Source: a bacterium
Lineage (GTDB): Bacteria > Hinthialibacterota > Hinthialibacteria > Hinthialibacterales > Hinthialibacteraceae
Length of the DNA: 64,000 nucleotides
Direction of reading: 5' to 3'
NCBI GenBank assembly: GCA_963662285.2
Contig: CAXXMV010000008.1
Coordinates: forward strand, 1,568,001-1,632,000
Shown here: positions 62,776-64,000 of the stretch, in pieces
Position numbering within the stretch: position 1 is the first letter of the stretch
How the letters are laid out: every line of letters begins with the position of its first letter
Notes under the pieces: model-generated
What the model was told of the DNA's origin: nothing
Databases searched by the model: none
Seen by the model: the letters and a program-made list of their open reading frames with translations, nothing else
Translations under genes and position numbers: made by a program

Positions 62776-63150
62776 GTGAGTAAAGTGGATACCTTTAAGC
62801 AATTTCTTTTAAAACAAGAAAAAATTGAGAAAATTCTTCTTTACGAGCATGAAATTTATAAAAGTATTCCAGGAACTAAAAAATCCTATAGACAAGATTC
62901 TGAAAACACCAATACCATGATCCAAAAACATTCACATATCTATGCAAAACCTAAAGGAGGCGGAAAAGAATTGTACGCAGTAAATATTGATGGTAGTGGT
63001 CATGATGGTTCTAGTGGTATAGAAATCCCTTTTGTACAAGCTGATTATTTGAGATCAATTGGTTACGACATCAACTCCAGCAATATTCTAGAAAGTATGA
63101 TTTTAGATAGTCTTAACAAAGAGCAGTTTTCACTCGTTATTTTTGTATAA
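62776..63150 (+). CDS. Small hypothetical protein, DUF6367-like or toxin-like (HxH..NxDGSGHD)
   Basis: QKHSHIY..YAVNIDGSGHDG motif; family assignment from memory only. Confidence 0.5.
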   Translation: MSKVDTFKQFLLKQEKIEKILLYEHEIYKSIPGTKKSYRQDSENTNTMIQKHSHIYAKPKGGGKELYAVNIDGSGHDGSSGIEIPFVQADYLRSIGYDINSSNILESMILDSLNKEQFSLVIFV

Positions 63151-63266
63151 TAAGAGAACACTATTACGTCGGGTATTAGGATAAACTGTTGAGTTGTGAA
63201 AGTGTTTTTTCGGAAGTTTAATCCAAGGAAATAATGAAAAGCAGAGATAAATAAAGACGGTGATTT

Positions 63267-63382
63267 TGCCCGAGGCGGGACTCGAACCCGTACAGACTTA
63301 GTCTACTAGTTTCCTAAATACTCCTTATCATGAAAGAAATATTTAGGAAAACTAGCGTGTCTACCAATTCCACCACTCGGGC
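63267..63382 (-). tRNA. tRNA-Leu-like RNA with a 33-nt insertion extending the anticodon arm
   Basis: GCCCGAG/CTCGGGC-A acceptor stem, GTGGAATTGGTAGACAC D arm, CTAGT/ACTAG stem enclosing 40 nt, AGAC-TAA-GTCT variable arm, GGGTTCGAGTCCC T arm. Confidence 0.85.
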
Positions 63383-63630
63383 TAATTTTCCGAATAATAT
63401 TATATAAGGCAATATCCATACCAAAACATAATGCGCTGATTTTTTGTGGTTTGCGATTCTATTTACTATCACCTAAGGATTTTTTGGCACACAAACAAGG
63501 AAAGGATTGTGCCAAAATGGATATCATTAAAAGACGTATAAAAAAGTGTGGGTGACAATGCATCCTACGCAACATAGGACAATATTAAGATGAGCGTTCT
63601 GAATCGCCTTGATACCGAACTCCGCCACAA

Positions 63631-64000
63631 TCAGTATCCCATATTCAAATGTTGCGCTTGTTCAGCCAGTTGATCGAGGGCTTTTCTGCGTTCCGCCTGG
63701 TTTTGTTCTTTATATTGCTGCACATCCTTGAACAGAATCCGTCGGTGGGTTCCAACTTTGCGGAAAGGGATTGCTCCTTCATCCAACAGCCCGACCAGGA
63801 AAGGCCGGGATACATTCAGTAACTCCGCCGCCTGTTGGGTCGTAAGTTCCGTCTGCGTGGGGATCATTGTTACTGTGTTGCCCTTCGCCATTTCTTTAAG
63901 AACATTTACTAAAAGATGTATGGCCGAGGCGGGTAGAATAATATCTTCGCTTGTTGCGCCATCTTCTCTAATCTGGATGGGTAAGTCTTTGCTTGTTTCC
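63631..64000 (-). CDS. Excisionase-family HTH (HTH_17) antitoxin-type protein; 5' end beyond window
   Basis: ELTTQQAAELLNVSRPFLVGLLDEGAIPFRKVGTHRRI; frame is open upstream to the window edge. Confidence 0.85.
   Translation of the reverse strand, partial: ETSKDLPIQIREDGATSEDIILPASAIHLLVNVLKEMAKGNTVTMIPTQTELTTQQAAELLNVSRPFLVGLLDEGAIPFRKVGTHRRILFKDVQQYKEQNQAERRKALDQLAEQAQHLNMGY

Noticed and set aside
63311-63350. Group I or archaeal BHB intron reading of the tRNA insert
   Set aside because: Too short for a group I intron, no 3-4-3 bulge-helix-bulge, and no excision yields a Leu anticodon in a 7-nt loop.
63482-63517. TTTTGGCACA...TGTGCCAAAA inverted repeat as a sigma54 promoter for the odd tRNA
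   Set aside because: The -24 element is present but the -12 position reads TC, not GC. It may be an operator or terminator; not supportable.
63631-64000. Excisionase-like gene as evidence of a prophage at the tRNA
   Set aside because: This HTH_17 subtype is usually a PIN-associated antitoxin, and no phage genes, integrase or att repeat are in the window.

Overview
64 kb of bacterial chromosome. Its signatures (orphan GspG-like prepilins, many secreted glycosidases, secreted proteins with short C-terminal W/Y-x-L/M tails) suggest a Hinthialibacterota/OLB16- or Sumerlaeota-like candidate phylum; this taxonomy is inference only. Core content: glycan and sugar catabolism (two GH78, GH99-like, GH38, galE, galT, DgoD-like, Gfo/Idh/MocA), amtB-glnK and a TorF-like porin plus MCP pair behind sigma54 promoters, recJ, yggS, split coaB/coaC, tRNA-Val and tRNA-Asp, and cohesin/dockerin proteins. 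Intergenic spaces hold at least five palindromic REP/MITE families. AT-rich inserts carry toxin-antitoxin or defence-like genes, several with the toxin or nuclease half truncated. Most notable: (1) a tRNA-Leu-bodied RNA at 63267-63382 whose anticodon loop is replaced by a 16-bp hairpin extension, next to two candidate nuclease genes; (2) a shared C-terminal tail on three unrelated secreted proteins, a candidate sorting signal; (3) a cohesin with a dockerin inserted inside it; (4) an inverted 120-140 bp promoter duplication flanking an orphan gene. No CRISPR array, rRNA, integrase or transposase was seen. Family calls come from motif recognition by eye, not from searches.
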